The translations under genes were made by a program, and so were the position numbers. Under the pieces are notes generated by a model. The model did no database searches and was not told where the DNA came from. It was given only the letters and a program-made list of their open reading frames with translations. A DNA stretch of 64,000 nucleotides from Octopus sinensis (lineage: Eukaryota): contig NC_043016.1 in assembly GCF_006345805.1 (NCBI RefSeq), positions 23,436,001 to 23,500,000 on the forward strand, written 5' to 3'. Positions 1 through 13,479 of this stretch are shown piece by piece. Within the stretch, counting starts at the first letter, position 1. Each line of letters opens with the position of its first letter.

Positions 1-76
1 ACATACATATATACACATACATATATATATACACATACATATATACATATATATACATACATATATATATACATAC

Positions 77-113
<37 letters not shown>

Positions 114-396
114 CATATATATATACACACATATATATACACACATATATATATACACACATATATATATATACATACATATATATATACACACATATAT
201 ATATATACATACATATATATATACAACATATATATATATACATACACATACATATATACATACACATACATATATATATACACATACATATATACATACA
301 CATACATATATATATACACATACATATATATATACACATATATATGCATATACATATATATGCATATACATATATATGCATATACATATATATATA
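1..396. repeat. Compound (TA)n/(CA)n/(CATA)n microsatellite
   Basis: Direct reading. A similar array lies at 576-870. Confidence 0.95.
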
Positions 397-575
397 TGAT
401 GATGATGGCCGTCCACTCGTGACTGAGGGAGACCATTGCCGACCTTCGGGAACATTGTGCGCTCAAAGGACTAACTTATATTTTGCATTTGCGGCTCCGT
501 TGGTGGCTAATGAGCCCTGCTCTTGACAAGCATACACAACTGCAAAACATTGCAGACCAAGCTTTCCCCATTCAC
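397..575 (-). mobile_element. RTE-clade LINE 3' end (C-terminal Zn finger, 3'UTR, (ATC)n tail)
   Basis: Minus strand reads [31 protein letters not shown], resembling the RTE C-terminal CxxC..S.IGL.SH.R motif. It is followed by GTCACGAGTGGACGGCCATCATCATCA. Confidence 0.7.
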
Positions 576-1035
576 TATATATATATATATATATAATAGT
601 ATATTATTATATATATATATATGTACATACATGTACATACACACATACATATATTATATATATACACAAATACATATATATACACACCATATATATACAC
701 ACACACATACATATATCCACACATATGCACACACATATGCATACACATACATACGCACACACATACATACAAACATACACACACTCACATATATATATAT
801 ATATATACACACACACATATGTGTGTATATGTATACATACACATGTGTTGTGTGTGTGTATACATATTTGTACAGTTACAAACATGCCGCTACAACAGTA
901 CCCTCAATATTTTAGCCCTAGGGTGTTCAAGCTAACGCAAGTTGATTGAACCTACATACCCTTCAGTGGCATCTTCTGTCATCCGACACATACAACCAGA
1001 GAAATCTTGGTCAATATACATTTATAAATATAATA

Positions 1036-1380
1036 TAAAATTGCTGGGGCAGGTCATGGAAGTTACAGAAAGAGTTGTAATTTGATTAATAAGAGAAAAG
1101 TTATAGCATGATTAATTAGAGAAAGAGTTAAAATCAGATGAGATAAACTTTGGTTTTGTGCCAGGGGCAAGTATTACAGATACCCTCTGCCTTTGTGATG
1201 CAATTACAGAACCTGCTTAAAAGTGAACCTCTGTGCTCACTTGAAAATCTCAAACAAGATTCTTCCCTCTGTGATCTGGTGCTGACCAAAGAAAGTCCAG
1301 GATAGACAAATGGCTTGTGAGAGCCACTCAAATAGTGTATTGAGATGCTGTCAATAAAGGTTGTATAGTAATGAATTTAA
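1036..1380 (+). mobile_element. Degraded RTE/RTEX reverse transcriptase fragment
   Basis: Frameshifted IKLLGQVMEVTERV, LIRERVK, FGFVPG and WLVRA-like segments. The element continues at about 2040-2320 after an inserted repeat. Confidence 0.7.
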
Positions 1381-1431
1381 TATGCAGGACTTGGTTCTTA
1401 GTTTGCTCCTCCTGCTTCGCCTCTGCATAAT

Positions 1432-2040
1432 CATCTTCATTTAATATCCACTTTCCTTGCTGGAATGGATTAGACAGTTTCCCTGGAACTGTTAAGCTGG
1501 AGAGCTGTACCAGGTCCCAGACTGATTTAGCATGGTTACTACAGTTGGATGCCCTTCCTAATGCCAGCCACTCCAAGAGTGTAATGGGTGCTTTTTAGGT
1601 GCCATTTAGATGGCACCGGCAACAGCCACAACTACAATTTCATTAGGCTTGACATGTCTTCTTAAGCACAGCATACCACCAAAGGTCTCAGTTACTTATC
1701 GACTCCGTGAGGCCCAACGTTACAAGATTGTGCTACCGGCAATGGCCACAACTATGGTTTCACAGGTACCACTTGAATGGCATCGGTAACAGCCACAACT
1801 ACGATTTCACTTGGCTTAATGAGTCTTCTCAAGCACAGCATATTGCCAAAGGTCTTGATCATTTGTCATCGCCTCCATGAGGCCTAACATTCAAAGATCA
1901 TGCTACCGGCAAGGGCATGATTACAATTCATTTACAAGACACCAGAAATGGCCACAACTATAGTTTCACTTGGCTTAATGAGTCTCCTCAAGTACAGCAT
2001 ATCACCAAAGGTCTCGATCATTTGTCATCACTTCCATGAG
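1432..2040 (-). mobile_element. Abundant RTE-tailed non-autonomous repeat with ~120-bp internal tandem units
   Basis: Contains GGATGCCCTTCCTAATGCC and an ATC-type tail. The same family recurs at about 18741-19065, 24130-24600, 25030-25560, 31824-32315, 33400-33660, 43500-43680, 48600-49011 and 49850-50070. Confidence 0.75.
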
Positions 2041-2320
2041 GTTTATATTCATTCATAATCCTTCAGGCCATAACAGAAGAGCTAAAGATTGTGGTAACTG
2101 CTATATGTTGCCGACCTCATTTTTATAGCTAAATCTATATTAGATTTAGAAAATAAATTAGAAAATAAATTAGAAAAGAAATTCCAGATGCAGAAGCAGA
2201 ACCCCAAATAAAAGGACCTCAAAGTTAACTTAGCAAAGACCTAAGTTTTGATCAGTAAGAAAACAGACAAGACTCTGCTTCCATCAGGAAAATGGTGCTG
2301 CTTGATATGTAGAGAATTCC
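2040..2320 (+). mobile_element. RTE/RTEX RT fragment (motifs B/C onward)
   Basis: LQAITEE, LY(A)ADL, LKVNLAKTKVLISKKTDKTLLPSGKW-like translation across frameshifts. Confidence 0.65.
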
Positions 2321-3759
2321 TATCAGATTATTAAACAAATGAATCCTCTTCAAAAAACCAACAGAGATCTACCACCATCATAATCCATACCATGGTTTCA
2401 TTCCCAAATTTGAATGGGCTTCAATCTCAGTGGATATTAAGGATCTTTTGTGGCCACGGAATTTTGAGAAAAATTAGTGTCTCTCCCTTTCACACACACA
2501 CACAGGATTTCAGAATGGGGTAGGACAATCTTTTGCATGAATTTAACAAAAAAAAATAAATAAAGTTCTTGAGTTGTTTGTATATGCATGTGAGGATATG
2601 TATATACATACACACATAACTATCATACAAACATACATACACACATTCAAAGAAGGAGATGAGTAGAAGGGAGAAGGAAGAAAGAGTAGCAGTGGGGAGG
2701 GAGGGAGAGAGAGAGAGCAAGCAATGAAAAAAGTATGAAGTTTTGCAGAGGGAACCTAACTGTAGTGAAAAGGTAGATATTTAATAGCACTCTTAGTCTT
2801 TCTTGACTTAGTTGACTCACCTCAAGCGCCCAGGGTGTGGAGTGGGGCAGGTCGGGGAAGGGGAGGAGTTAATTAATCAACTATTAAATAGCTATGTAAA
2901 TGACATGCAAACACTCAGCACGACCAAAACCCAATCAAATTTAGCCTCCGTAATTCTCTAGAAAAATGTGTATGCTAGTCTATTATTAAGCTGTGTCATT
3001 AACCAAGAGGACTTCGTTATTTTGATACAACTCCACATCCCACAAAAGATTTTTCTGTCACACAACAGATCGGGTTGGGTGGAAGGAAAGCGGTAGGTAA
3101 GGCCTCCTGAATTTGTTTTTTATGTGTCTACAGATGCAAGATACATGTGAAAAGAAAGAGAGGGAGTAAGACAGATAGAAAAGAGAGAGTATGAGAGAGA
3201 GAGAGAGAGAGAGAGAAGGGGGGGGCAAAAAACAAGAAAGAGATAAAAATGAAATCAATATAAAGCAATCAGAAGCACTTTGATACTCCAGACTATGTAT
3301 CTGATAAGGGAGAACCAATCACTTGAAAATGATTCTTCTTCATTGAAGCCCTCCCTCCTATAGTTTATCATCTCATTGTCTATTTCTGGCTAAATGTACA
3401 AAAGACTGCTACAATACTATTAAAACATACCTGAAACTGAGCCATCAAAATACAATCATAAATTTCTAAGCATCTTCATTTCTATTGATGCAATAAAAAA
3501 AAAAATGTTAAATATTAAATGGAGTGATGGGGATGGAGAAAAGAAAATGCCTGTGGTTCTTTAAGCTAGAATTCAATTGAATTTCAAGAAGAAAAAAAAA
3601 ATGGTCATCTTTTTTTTTCTCTCAAATCATCTTTCTGATACATTGGTATAATTTCAAAAGGCACACTTTTACAAAATGATTGTGTTATTTGCCAGTCATA
3701 AATAAGCATGGCCATTCTTTATATGACCATTCCAATCAGTGTTGTAGCGTGTGTGTGTG

Positions 3760-3885
3760 AGGAAATTCAGAGAGCTTTTACCTCTGTTGGCAACTAAAGG
3801 TCTCTCTCTCTCTCCGAGTGAAAGGAAGATTGTATGATGCATGCGTACAAACAGCAATGTTACCTTATAGTGAGACATGGGCCTG
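3760..3885 (+). mobile_element. RTE/RTEX ORF2 fragment
   Basis: RKFRELLPLLATKGLSL..KGRLYDACVQTAMLPYSETWA; same family as 25570-26280. Confidence 0.7.
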
Positions 3886-4090
3886 CTAGGAATAGGAGCC
3901 AAAGCTCCTTCAAATCATACCGTTACTATCTTCAAAAAGGACACATTGATTGGTTCATTGTTGCAGATACACAATGTTTGAACAAAAAACAAAAGCTTTG
4001 GTTATAAGTCTCCTTGATTGGGTCTTACATTATACTAAAAAAATGCTCAGCAATGAAGACAGTGTACCTACAACAAGAAACATTCTAATC

Positions 4091-4651
4091 CAGTGGTTCC
4101 CAAACTTTTTAGAGTCGCGACCCACTATTTATCACCCCAGTTTATGACGACCCACTTAACTTTACTGATCACTCCTATACTTTTTAAATAATTTATAAAC
4201 GTACTAGTGAAATCCATAATGTCTTATATATTAAAATTTTTTGCTATTTATATTAAATGTGAAACAAAACGTTTTATAACTGTTTCTAAACCCTATGTGT
4301 AAATACTAACACTAATACAAAACCTTGAACTAGTAACTGTTATCGGCTCAATCAGTGTTATACTTCGCCTAATTAAAGTTCTCTATAAATAGGTAAAAAC
4401 AGACCTTTCCTTTTTACGATTACGTATGAATAAATAACTTGAGAAAATGACAACCTCTGGTTTGTTAAGTTCGTGAAAAAGCCTACTGCTTGATAAAACA
4501 ACAAGTCTGGTATTGAAAACATAAGTCTTGAACTATCTCGATAGACAGCAGTTAATCAAAGCTAATACATAATTTTATAACTTTTTGCGACCCACTAAGA
4601 TTCCGTTCGCGACCCATCTGTGGGTTGCAACTCATAGTTTGGGAACCACTG
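4091..4651. mobile_element. Non-autonomous hAT (Charlie-like) DNA transposon
   Basis: TIRs CAGTGGTTCCCAAAC / GTTTGGGAACCACTG. Flanks TTCTAATC and TTCTTAATC are consistent with an 8-bp TSD plus a 1-nt indel. Subterminal GCGACCCA repeats. Confidence 0.85.
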
Positions 4652-4795
4652 TTCTTAATCCCTTCTGTAACCAATTATCTATCTTCTTCACTCAGTCTGA
4701 GATGACCAAAGTTTAAATGACCTGTACCACTGGAAATGGTACAAATTTAAACTCTGATCATGTGTGTCTGTGAGTGTGTATGCATGTATGGATAA

Positions 4796-4835
<40 letters not shown>

Positions 4836-6748
4836 ATCAATATCCTGGATTCTATCAGAGCAAGAGATCTCTTTATCATAGAAAAACTTTATTCACTGCC
4901 AATGAAGTTCAGATTTTTTTGACAAGTGAGCTGAAACAGAAGCCTAACAAATACTAGTTTAGAGAGAGAAAGAGGGGGAGAGAGGGGGAAGGGAAGCAGA
5001 GAGGGAGGAAGATTTGTAACTGTAAACACAAATTGTACTGCAGATGCCATCTAAAAATTAGCACAAACAATAGTTCAAGTATCAACGTTATTTCTAAAAG
5101 TGGGCCATCACATAAATTATTTAAGAAGCAATTAAACTTTAGAAACAGGACACACAGAACTAGAATGAGTTACTGAGGGAATTTGCTAAGTTGTATACAA
5201 CTAATCAATTTAGCCAAACGTTGAGTCCGATAGTATTGGAAAAATATTCTCAACACAAAAGTCATTCATAATGACAGAATGATGCAATTTCCAGACTTTC
5301 TTTTTACCAGCCACGGTTGTTAAGTTGAAAAACCTGCTTTACAACAATAAGGCTTTCATTTCAAACCAACTGCACAGCAACTTGGGCTAGTTTTTTTTTA
5401 CCATAGCCTCAGCTTGACTATTATCTTGTGAGTGGAATTTGGCAAATGGAAATTGTGCAGAAGCCCTTTGCGTGCATATATATTTTCTTTTAATAGCAGA
5501 ATGCTGTCAATATGACACCAAAGGTTTCATGCAAATGTATTCACAACTATTCAGTGGTAATAGTAGGTTCCCAGCTATAGAAACCATGTCAGATCAGATT
5601 ACCACTTTTCAGCTAAACCATCCAACACATGTCAGCTTGGAAAACAGATGTTAATAACACACACACACACACACACACATACATATAACACATATATATG
5701 CATGCATGTATGCACACACACAAAGCTGCATACAATTGTGTGCGAGTGCATGTATGCATGTGTGTACTTTCCCAGTGTGTATTGGCTAAGGATGTAAACA
5801 CCAGAGAGCAAAGCAAAAACATGACACTTTAGGAAAGGAGTCACTTTAAATACATAGACTTACAACCACTATAAGAAATTCAGGAGAAACCTATAACCAA
5901 TACTACTATTGTTCACTGCATCATAATTATAAACCAACTGCATAATGGTCTCATTAGTACTGTAAGCACAAAAAAAAAGAAAAGAAAAGTGCCTAGTACA
6001 TGCTATAAAGCATTATGAAAGACATTCTGCCTTAGAAACCAAGCCAAAATAAACAGTAGAGCATGATGCAGTCTTTGACACCATCCAACCCATGCCAGCA
6101 TGGAACATGACCATATGATGATGATGTCCAGAAATAATAAGCTATGAAAAATACTGCATGAGAATATTGTCAAAGAAATTACTGGAGTAAGTCTGTCAAG
6201 TTTGCTTTTTCTCTTGGGGAAAATGTCCAAAAGTACCATACATGTACCAGTATTGATTATTTTGAACACAACAAAATAATTACAAGTAATTTCTTACAAA
6301 ATCATAAGCCTTCAGTTTTACAAAACAGTGAGATATTATAAGAAATGATGTACATTCTGTTGCTAATCCTCTGTACTTGTCACATGTGCAGAGCAAAAAC
6401 CATATCTTAACACAACTCTGTATGCAAATGGTGAACAAACTTAGCTCCAATTGATACATAAATATACAAGGACATATGACGGTGTTGTTCATGTACAGGT
6501 GTTGATAGCATATACTGGTCAATTAACATCATACGACTCTTGCCTTTTGTTGTTGGCGCACTTTAATTGGGTTTTTTTTTTAATAAGCTGTGATTATCAA
6601 TCAGCTGTGTGGTTAAGAAGTGTGCTTCCCAGCCATATGGTATTAGATTCAGTTCCATTGCATGACATCTTACACAGGTTGTCTTCTACTATTGCCCTGA
6701 GCTGAGCAAAACCTTGAAAGTGGGTTCAGTAGACAGAAACTGAAAGAA

Positions 6749-6984
6749 GGCAGCAAGCTGGCAGAAATGTTAGCACGCCGGGCGAAATGCTTAGTGTATT
6801 TTGTCTGACGTTACATTCTCAGTTCAAATTCCGCCGAGGTCAACTTTGCCTTTCATCCTTTTGGGGTCGATTAAATAAGTACCAGTTATGCACTGGGGTC
6901 GATATAATCGACTTAATCCGTTTGTCTGTCCTTGTTTGACCTCTCTGTGTGCAGCCCCTTGTGGGCAGTAAAGAAATAAGAAAC
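6749..6984 (+). mobile_element. tRNA-derived SINE with Meta-domain-like core
   Basis: tRNA-like head with B-box AGTTCAAATT, core GCCTTTCATCCTTTTGGGGTCGATTAAATAAGTACCAG, tail AGCCCCTTGTGGGCAGTAAAGAAAT. Confidence 0.75.
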
Positions 6985-7977
6985 TGAATGAAGTGTGTGT
7001 GTGTTTCCCTAGTTTGGCATTGCATGAGAGTTGTAAATGACTGTCATCATTAAATAAATAGTGTCCCTTTCCAATCTTCCATGAAAACATGTCTTTCCAC
7101 AGGGAAATGTTACCTTGCTTGAAAAGCTGAGAAAGGTTGCCAACAGGAAGGGTGCCTGGCTATACAAAATCTCTGCTTCAGTGATTCTCCATTGACTTAT
7201 GCAAGCATGAAAAAGTAGATATCAAAACAATAATGAGGATGATGGGGGAAGGCAGAGTAATGAAGAAGATAAAAAAGCCTTTTTTTAAATTTACAGGTTT
7301 CTAATATTTTTTTTTTCTGTAGTTTTGATGGTGGTTGTGATCTATGGGCTATGACATCTCATCTCTCCAGGGATTTTCAAAGAGAAGAAATGTCCCTATC
7401 AAAGTGTTCTTTAACACAGGCATAAAGCACAGAAATAGACAATGTAAAATATACATTTATTACATGCTATAAGGTACACTATGTAAGCCAGTAATCACAT
7501 GCCCACACTGATGGAACACTTGGTCGGTGTATACATATTGTTGTCATGTGGAAGGAAGATACCATACACACACACACACATATATATATATAAACACTGT
7601 TAGCTAGTGTAATAGTGAGGGATTATCAATCCAGGCGAAATGCTTTATAAGCTCTCTGTTGGTACACCAGGCTAACAATATTATTTAGGTTAATGAAAAA
7701 CCCAAGGTATTCTTAAGGAAGGATCCAAGGTTATGGTTCATGACAATAATTCTATATTGTAAATCCGTGGATGGGCTCCATACAAATGGATTTTTACACA
7801 GAGTGATATATAAAAAACCAATTAAAAATAATGGGTATTAAATATTTTTCCTTTATTGGAGCAAATTTGGCTTACAGCTGTTTCCAGTAGTCAGTATAGG
7901 TACATTAGGTTTACTCAATTGGTCTATTGATCAGTTGATAAAAATAATAATACACACACATATTATACATATATATA

Positions 7978-8030
<53 letters not shown>

Positions 8031-8205
8031 CACCACACACACATAGGTGCAGGTGTGACTATTTGGTTAAGAATCTTGTTTCCCAACCATGTGGTCTCAT
8101 GTTCAATCCTGCTGCATGGCACCTTGTGCAAGTGTCACATAGCCCAAGGCATACCAAAGCTTTGAGTGGAATTGGTAGACAGAATTGAAAGTAGCCCATT
8201 GTATA

Positions 8206-8600
8206 CAAGGTTTTCAGACTAAATTTGGCAATTTGCATAAAAGGAAAAGAAAATACTTTTATTTTAATATTAGATTATGACTGGGAGATAACTGTTTACT
8301 CAAAGTAGTTGCCCTCAGCTTGCCCTCAGATCCCAAAATGGCCCTGGGATCTGGTGCATGTGTTTTTCTCTGTCTTTAGGAAGACCTTGAATCACCTGTT
8401 TGATCTTGGCAAGTGGTTGGTGTCTTTTACAACCACGCTCTATACATAGTAACCTATGGGATTACAACCTGAGGAATTAGGAGGCTAGAAATTGGAGCAG
8501 CTGAAATTATAGAAATTATCCAAGAACCACTTCTGATTTTTCTAGAGCTATGGCAAGGGGCAGAATCCTGCCATTACACATATGACCATCCAGCTCTTTA
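8206..8600 (-). mobile_element. Degraded Tc1/mariner transposase C-terminus
   Basis: Minus strand gives remnants of the SPDLNP motif and the C-terminal ...LEAxxEAEGxYxE segment, with many frameshifts. Confidence 0.5.
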
Positions 8601-9712
8601 GTTTTGCAAAGTACATAGTGACCTCACGAGTGCTGGTACCATGAAAAAGCACCTACTGGTTAGAGTGTCAGGTTCACAATCATGAGGTAGTGAGTTTGAA
8701 TCCCCGATTGGGCTGCGTGTTGTGTTCTTGAGCAAGATGCTTTATTTCATGTTGCTCCAGTTCACTCAGTTGTAGAAATGAATTGCAACATCCACTGGTG
8801 CCAACCTGTATTGGCCTTTGTTTTTCCTTTGGATAACACTGGTCGCATGAAGAAGGGAGGCTGGTATGTATGGGGGTGACTGGCTGGTCTTCCATAAACA
8901 ACCTTGCCCAGGCTTGTGCCTCAGAGGGTAACTTTCCGGATGGTGTTAGGAAGAGTACCCATTCATAGAAACCATGGCATAGCAGACGTTGGAGCATGAC
9001 ATAGTCCTTCAACTTGTCACAACCTGTTAAAGCAACAAATCCAAACCAGCACAGATGATGGTTGTTAAACAATGATGGATTTTAATGACAACGATGAGGA
9101 GGACATCTATAAAATGTAGTCCATTGATTATGATTTATTCCATATAAATCTTCACTGACACAAAACTATCATTTGTCATATCTAGAATGATGCCATAGTA
9201 ATTAATTTCTAAATGTTACTGTTCTTTCACAAAGAATAATTAATTTCAATTAGACATAAAATTGAAATGGCTATGGTGTAAAGTGCTAACAGTACAACTT
9301 GCTAAGTACAACTAAGCCTACAGCGCTATCCTGTATCTGTTCCATCTAACAGGGTTACCATAGTAATAGTTGATACAAGCTAACTTGCTCTTAAAATGTG
9401 TGTCACAATATAATTTGAAAGGATCAGAGGTCCAGCACTGCGTTTATGGCCAAAACACCTAACATTCACTGATCCAGTTCATATTCCCTTGTAAATATAG
9501 ACATGGAAAAAGGATCTTATTCTATGAATATTCTTCCCTGAGAGCTTTGGTTGGTTCCTGGGAAATCATGGAGCATTAACAATTTCAATACAAATCCTAC
9601 AACAGTTTCAAATTTACATGTTTTTCCCTTATAATCTCTTCCTCCTCGACCCAATCTTATTCCCCCTACTTCCCTCGCCAAACTGACCATCACTGCATCC
9701 ATTTTAATTTTC

Positions 9713-9752
<40 letters not shown>

Positions 9753-10690
9753 CTTTGTAGCATACTATCTAGATTAAATACTCTTGATGAGGAAGTCAGT
9801 CATACACATTTTAAGGTCTGTGATGCATTGGGAAAGCTTGAATCAAGGCTCTGATTATAATGAGACATCAAAACAGCAACAAAATGTCGAGGTCTATCTT
9901 GTATGTGTCTTAAGCTTATTAGCCACCAATGACCCCACCAAAAATGTCTCACATACTGCAATGTTAATTTCTCTAAAACTGCCTTTGGTAGACTAATATA
10001 GTAATAAAAGGAAAAAAAATCACTTTACAGAATAAAATGTGATGTCTTGAAAAAAAAAAAAAAAATGAACTGAAACAATTAAAACAGTAAGTTGTTAAAG
10101 GATTGATATGTGGATAACAGGGAAGGAAAGATTGGTAAATATGAGCTAGACTCTCAACAAGATTAAAGAAATGAAATACATTAAGGAAGAAGTTGGCTTG
10201 AGATTGTCGATAAAATAAAACAAAATAAACATGATAAAACATAACATTTTAATATTTATCTATGACAAAGACATCAGTGATACAAGGAATGTACATGAGA
10301 GAGAGAGAGAGAGGGAGAGAGAGAGAGAGAGGGAGAGAGAGAGAGGGAAACAGAGTTAGACAAAGAGAGAAGACAGACAGAGACTGCTCATACAAACAGA
10401 TCACTGCTATATATGATGGATGGTCTCCTGATATGCAGTTCATTATGTGAAACGGGTAGTCAGCAATTAGTGGCTCACTTAACTGTAATTTAATTACACT
10501 TTACAATGAACCAAACAAGAAGTTTGGCATATTAAATGACTCTTTATACCAAGTTTGTTGGTTTCAGTTGCCTATCTTGCTGACACACGGACAGACAGAC
10601 ACACACACACACACACAAATATCATTCTGAATGTAGTAAAACAAGGTACACATAACATTATAATCAAATAAACCTCAACATTGCTGTATG

Positions 10691-11005
10691 TGGAGGCACA
10701 TGGCCTAATGGTTAGAGCAGCGGACTCGCGGTCGAGGGATCGCAGGTTCGAATCTCAGACCGGGCGGTGTGTGTGTGTGTATATGATCAAAATACCTAAG
10801 CTTCAAGCGGCTCCGGCAGAAGGTAATGGCGAACTTCTGCTGACTCTTTCGCAACAACTTTCTCTCACTCTTTCCTCCTGCATCTTGCAGCTCACCTGCG
10901 ATGGACCGGCATCCCATCCAGGTGGGGGAACCTATACGCCAAGGAAATCGGGAAACCAGACCTTATGAGCCAGGCCTGGTTCGAGAAGGAACAAAAAAAA
11001 AAACA
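10691..11005 (+). mobile_element. tRNA-derived SINE (Deu/Nin-like core)
   Basis: A box TGGCCTAATGG, B box GGTTCGAATC, core GCGATGGACCGGCATCCCATCCAGG, A-rich tail. Confidence 0.7.
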
Positions 11006-11354
11006 ACATTGCTCTATAAGATACGTTAATGTGACAGTGCACACAGAACATGTACATATGCATGCATACATAAGTACCTATGTACGTACATACCATCATC
11101 ACCATTTAATATCAATATTCTAGGCTGGCAATAAGTTGGTTGGTTTGATAATATCTAATGGGTCCAGAGACTGCATCATTCTCCAATATCTGCTTTGGTA
11201 TGGATTCGACAGCTTGATGTCCTTCCTAGAACCAACCACTTTACAGTGCATCTGAGGGATTTTTCTTGTGCCACCAGCACTAGTGAAGTTGCCCTGCAGT
11301 TGGCAAGCCTATGGAACCTGAGAGGAAGGGCTTTATGCTATCAGAAGAGAGTTT

Positions 11355-11405
<51 letters not shown>

Positions 11406-12056
11406 AACAAAAATGTGGAATGGAGTGAAAGCTTTTGAAGAGACCAAGATGACAAATGCAAGACACAAGAGAGATTCAAACAAGAAATTTGCAATTAACG
11501 AGAAGGTGCATCTCAGCAACTTTCAGTGTGCACATTCTGCAACATATCATGCCTTTCTTTTCCTGGGCTCAATCCTCATTTGGGGATACATGAAAAACAT
11601 AGCTCCACTAAACACTCTTTTCCATGCCGTGTATGCCATGAAGTCTCCAAATTTAATCTAATGGAAACCTCGTAACACATTTCAAGGTCCACAAACAAAA
11701 GCAAATAAAAGCAGCTAATGGTGGTCCAAATCAGATACACACTCTACATGGGTCTCTTAAATATATTCATTGGTTTAAAAAGCCACTATATATATGTAAT
11801 ATGTGTGTATGCATGTGTGTATATTATATATATATATATATATTTTGATGAAATAGAAAGATGAATAATCTTGTTGCAGATTAATCAAAATTTAAACGAT
11901 ACCTTGGTAGCAAAAATCACAGCAGAAGACAGCACGGTTGGAGGTACAACCATATGGTGTTGCAACCATGCGTTGGTGCGGATAATTGAATTTTAATATT
12001 ATTAGTGAATTGAAGAAATGGAGGTGAACGAAGATTGAACAGAAATCGTTTTATTG

Positions 12057-12139
12057 CATTCTACACGTGTTTCGAAAGCCACAATTTACCAAATTCCGAT
12101 TGAATAAGGAGACCATATTGTGTCTTTCTCTTCAGGAAG
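12057..12139 (-). ncRNA. Mirror-image hammerhead-like motif in the left palindrome arm
   Basis: Reverse complement of the 12240-12320 motif. CTGAAGA at 12135-12129, GUA at 12064-12062. Confidence 0.55.
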
Positions 12140-12239
12140 AAATAGGAAATCCGTTGGAAAAAACAAAAACAGAACAGAGCCTCGTTCGATTTGTTTTGCT
12201 CCGCCTCTGTTCTGTTTTTTCCAACGGATTTCCTATTTC

Positions 12240-12320
12240 TTCCTGAAGAGAAAGACACAATATGGTCTCCTTATTCAATCGGAATTTGGCAATTGTGGCT
12301 TTCGAAACACGTGTAGAATG
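12240..12320 (+). ncRNA. Type I hammerhead ribozyme-like motif (PLE-type minimal HHR)
   Basis: CTGAAGA (12243-12249); stem II GAAAG-A-CACAAT / ATTGTG-G-CTTTC; GAAAC (12304-12308); self-complementary ACACGTGT; GUA triplet (12313-12315); 3-bp stem I TTC/GAA. Confidence 0.6.
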
Positions 12321-12372
12321 CAATAAAACGATTCTGTTCAATCTTCGTTCAACTCCATTTCTTCAATTCACT

Positions 12373-12416
<44 letters not shown>

Positions 12417-12609
12417 ATTGATTGATTGATTCTAGTTTCAGCTGATGAGCTGTGGCCATGCTGGGGCACCGTGTGTGTATATACATATGTAAGCACATAC
12501 ATATGTATATATATATATCAATGGAAATAGTAGCTGTGATACCTGTGCCGGTGGCACATAAAAAGCACCATCCGAACGTGGCCGATGCCAGCGCCGCCTC
12601 ACTGGCTTC

Positions 12610-12899
12610 TGTGCCGGTGGCTCATAAATAGCACCATGCATATACATATATATATACATATATATGCATATACATATATACACATATGCATGCATATACA
12701 TATATACACATATATGCATATACATATATATTACATACACACACATACATATTATATACGTACACAACAACATATATATACATACACACACATACATATA
12801 TATATACATACACACACATACATATATATATACATACACACACATACATATATATATACATACACCAATAATATATATACATACACACACACACCATAC

Positions 12900-12932
<33 letters not shown>

Positions 12933-13478
12933 TACATATATATATATCACACACACACCACACACAACATATATATATACATACACACACATATACATAT
13001 ACATACACCATATACATACACAATACATATACATATATATATACACACACATATATATATATATACACACACATATATATATATATACACACATATATAT
13101 ACATATATACACACATATATATACATATATACACACATATATATACATATATACACATATATATATACATATATACACACATATATATACATATATACAC
13201 ACATATATATACATATATACACACATATATATACAGATATACACACATATATATACAGATATACACACATATATATACATATATACACACATATATATAC
13301 ATATATACACACATATATATACATATATACACACATATATATACAGATATACACATATATATATACAGATATACACATATATATATACAGATATACACAT
13401 ATATACACATACACACACACACATACGCATACACACACACACACATACATATATATGTATATATATACACATACATAA
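12610..13478. repeat. Compound TA/CA microsatellite
   Basis: Direct reading; the source of the spurious ORFs in this interval. Confidence 0.95.
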
Positions 13479-13479
13479 A

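Larger units (their letters stand above)
11996..12380. repeat. Near-perfect ~385-bp palindrome (arms ~11996-12179 and ~12205-12380)
   Basis: The arms are reverse complements with only a few mismatches/indels. Spacer about 25 bp; the right arm ends at (AT)n. Confidence 0.95.

Noticed and set aside
1610-2035. Array-like ~120-bp repeats
   Set aside because: Internal tandem subunits of the abundant RTE-tailed repeat family that recurs throughout the window.
7868-7935. Minus-strand CTGATCA...GAAACAGCTGTA resembling a PLE hammerhead
   Set aside because: Core mismatch and no convincing stem I or stem II.
10691-10765. Possible tRNA gene (also the heads at about 42460-42529 and 57085-57160)
   Set aside because: A/B boxes are present but there is no closed cloverleaf, and each continues into a SINE body and tail.
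12441-12450. CTGATGAG hammerhead core word
   Set aside because: Part of a SINE tail, with no matching stem II-GAAA downstream.
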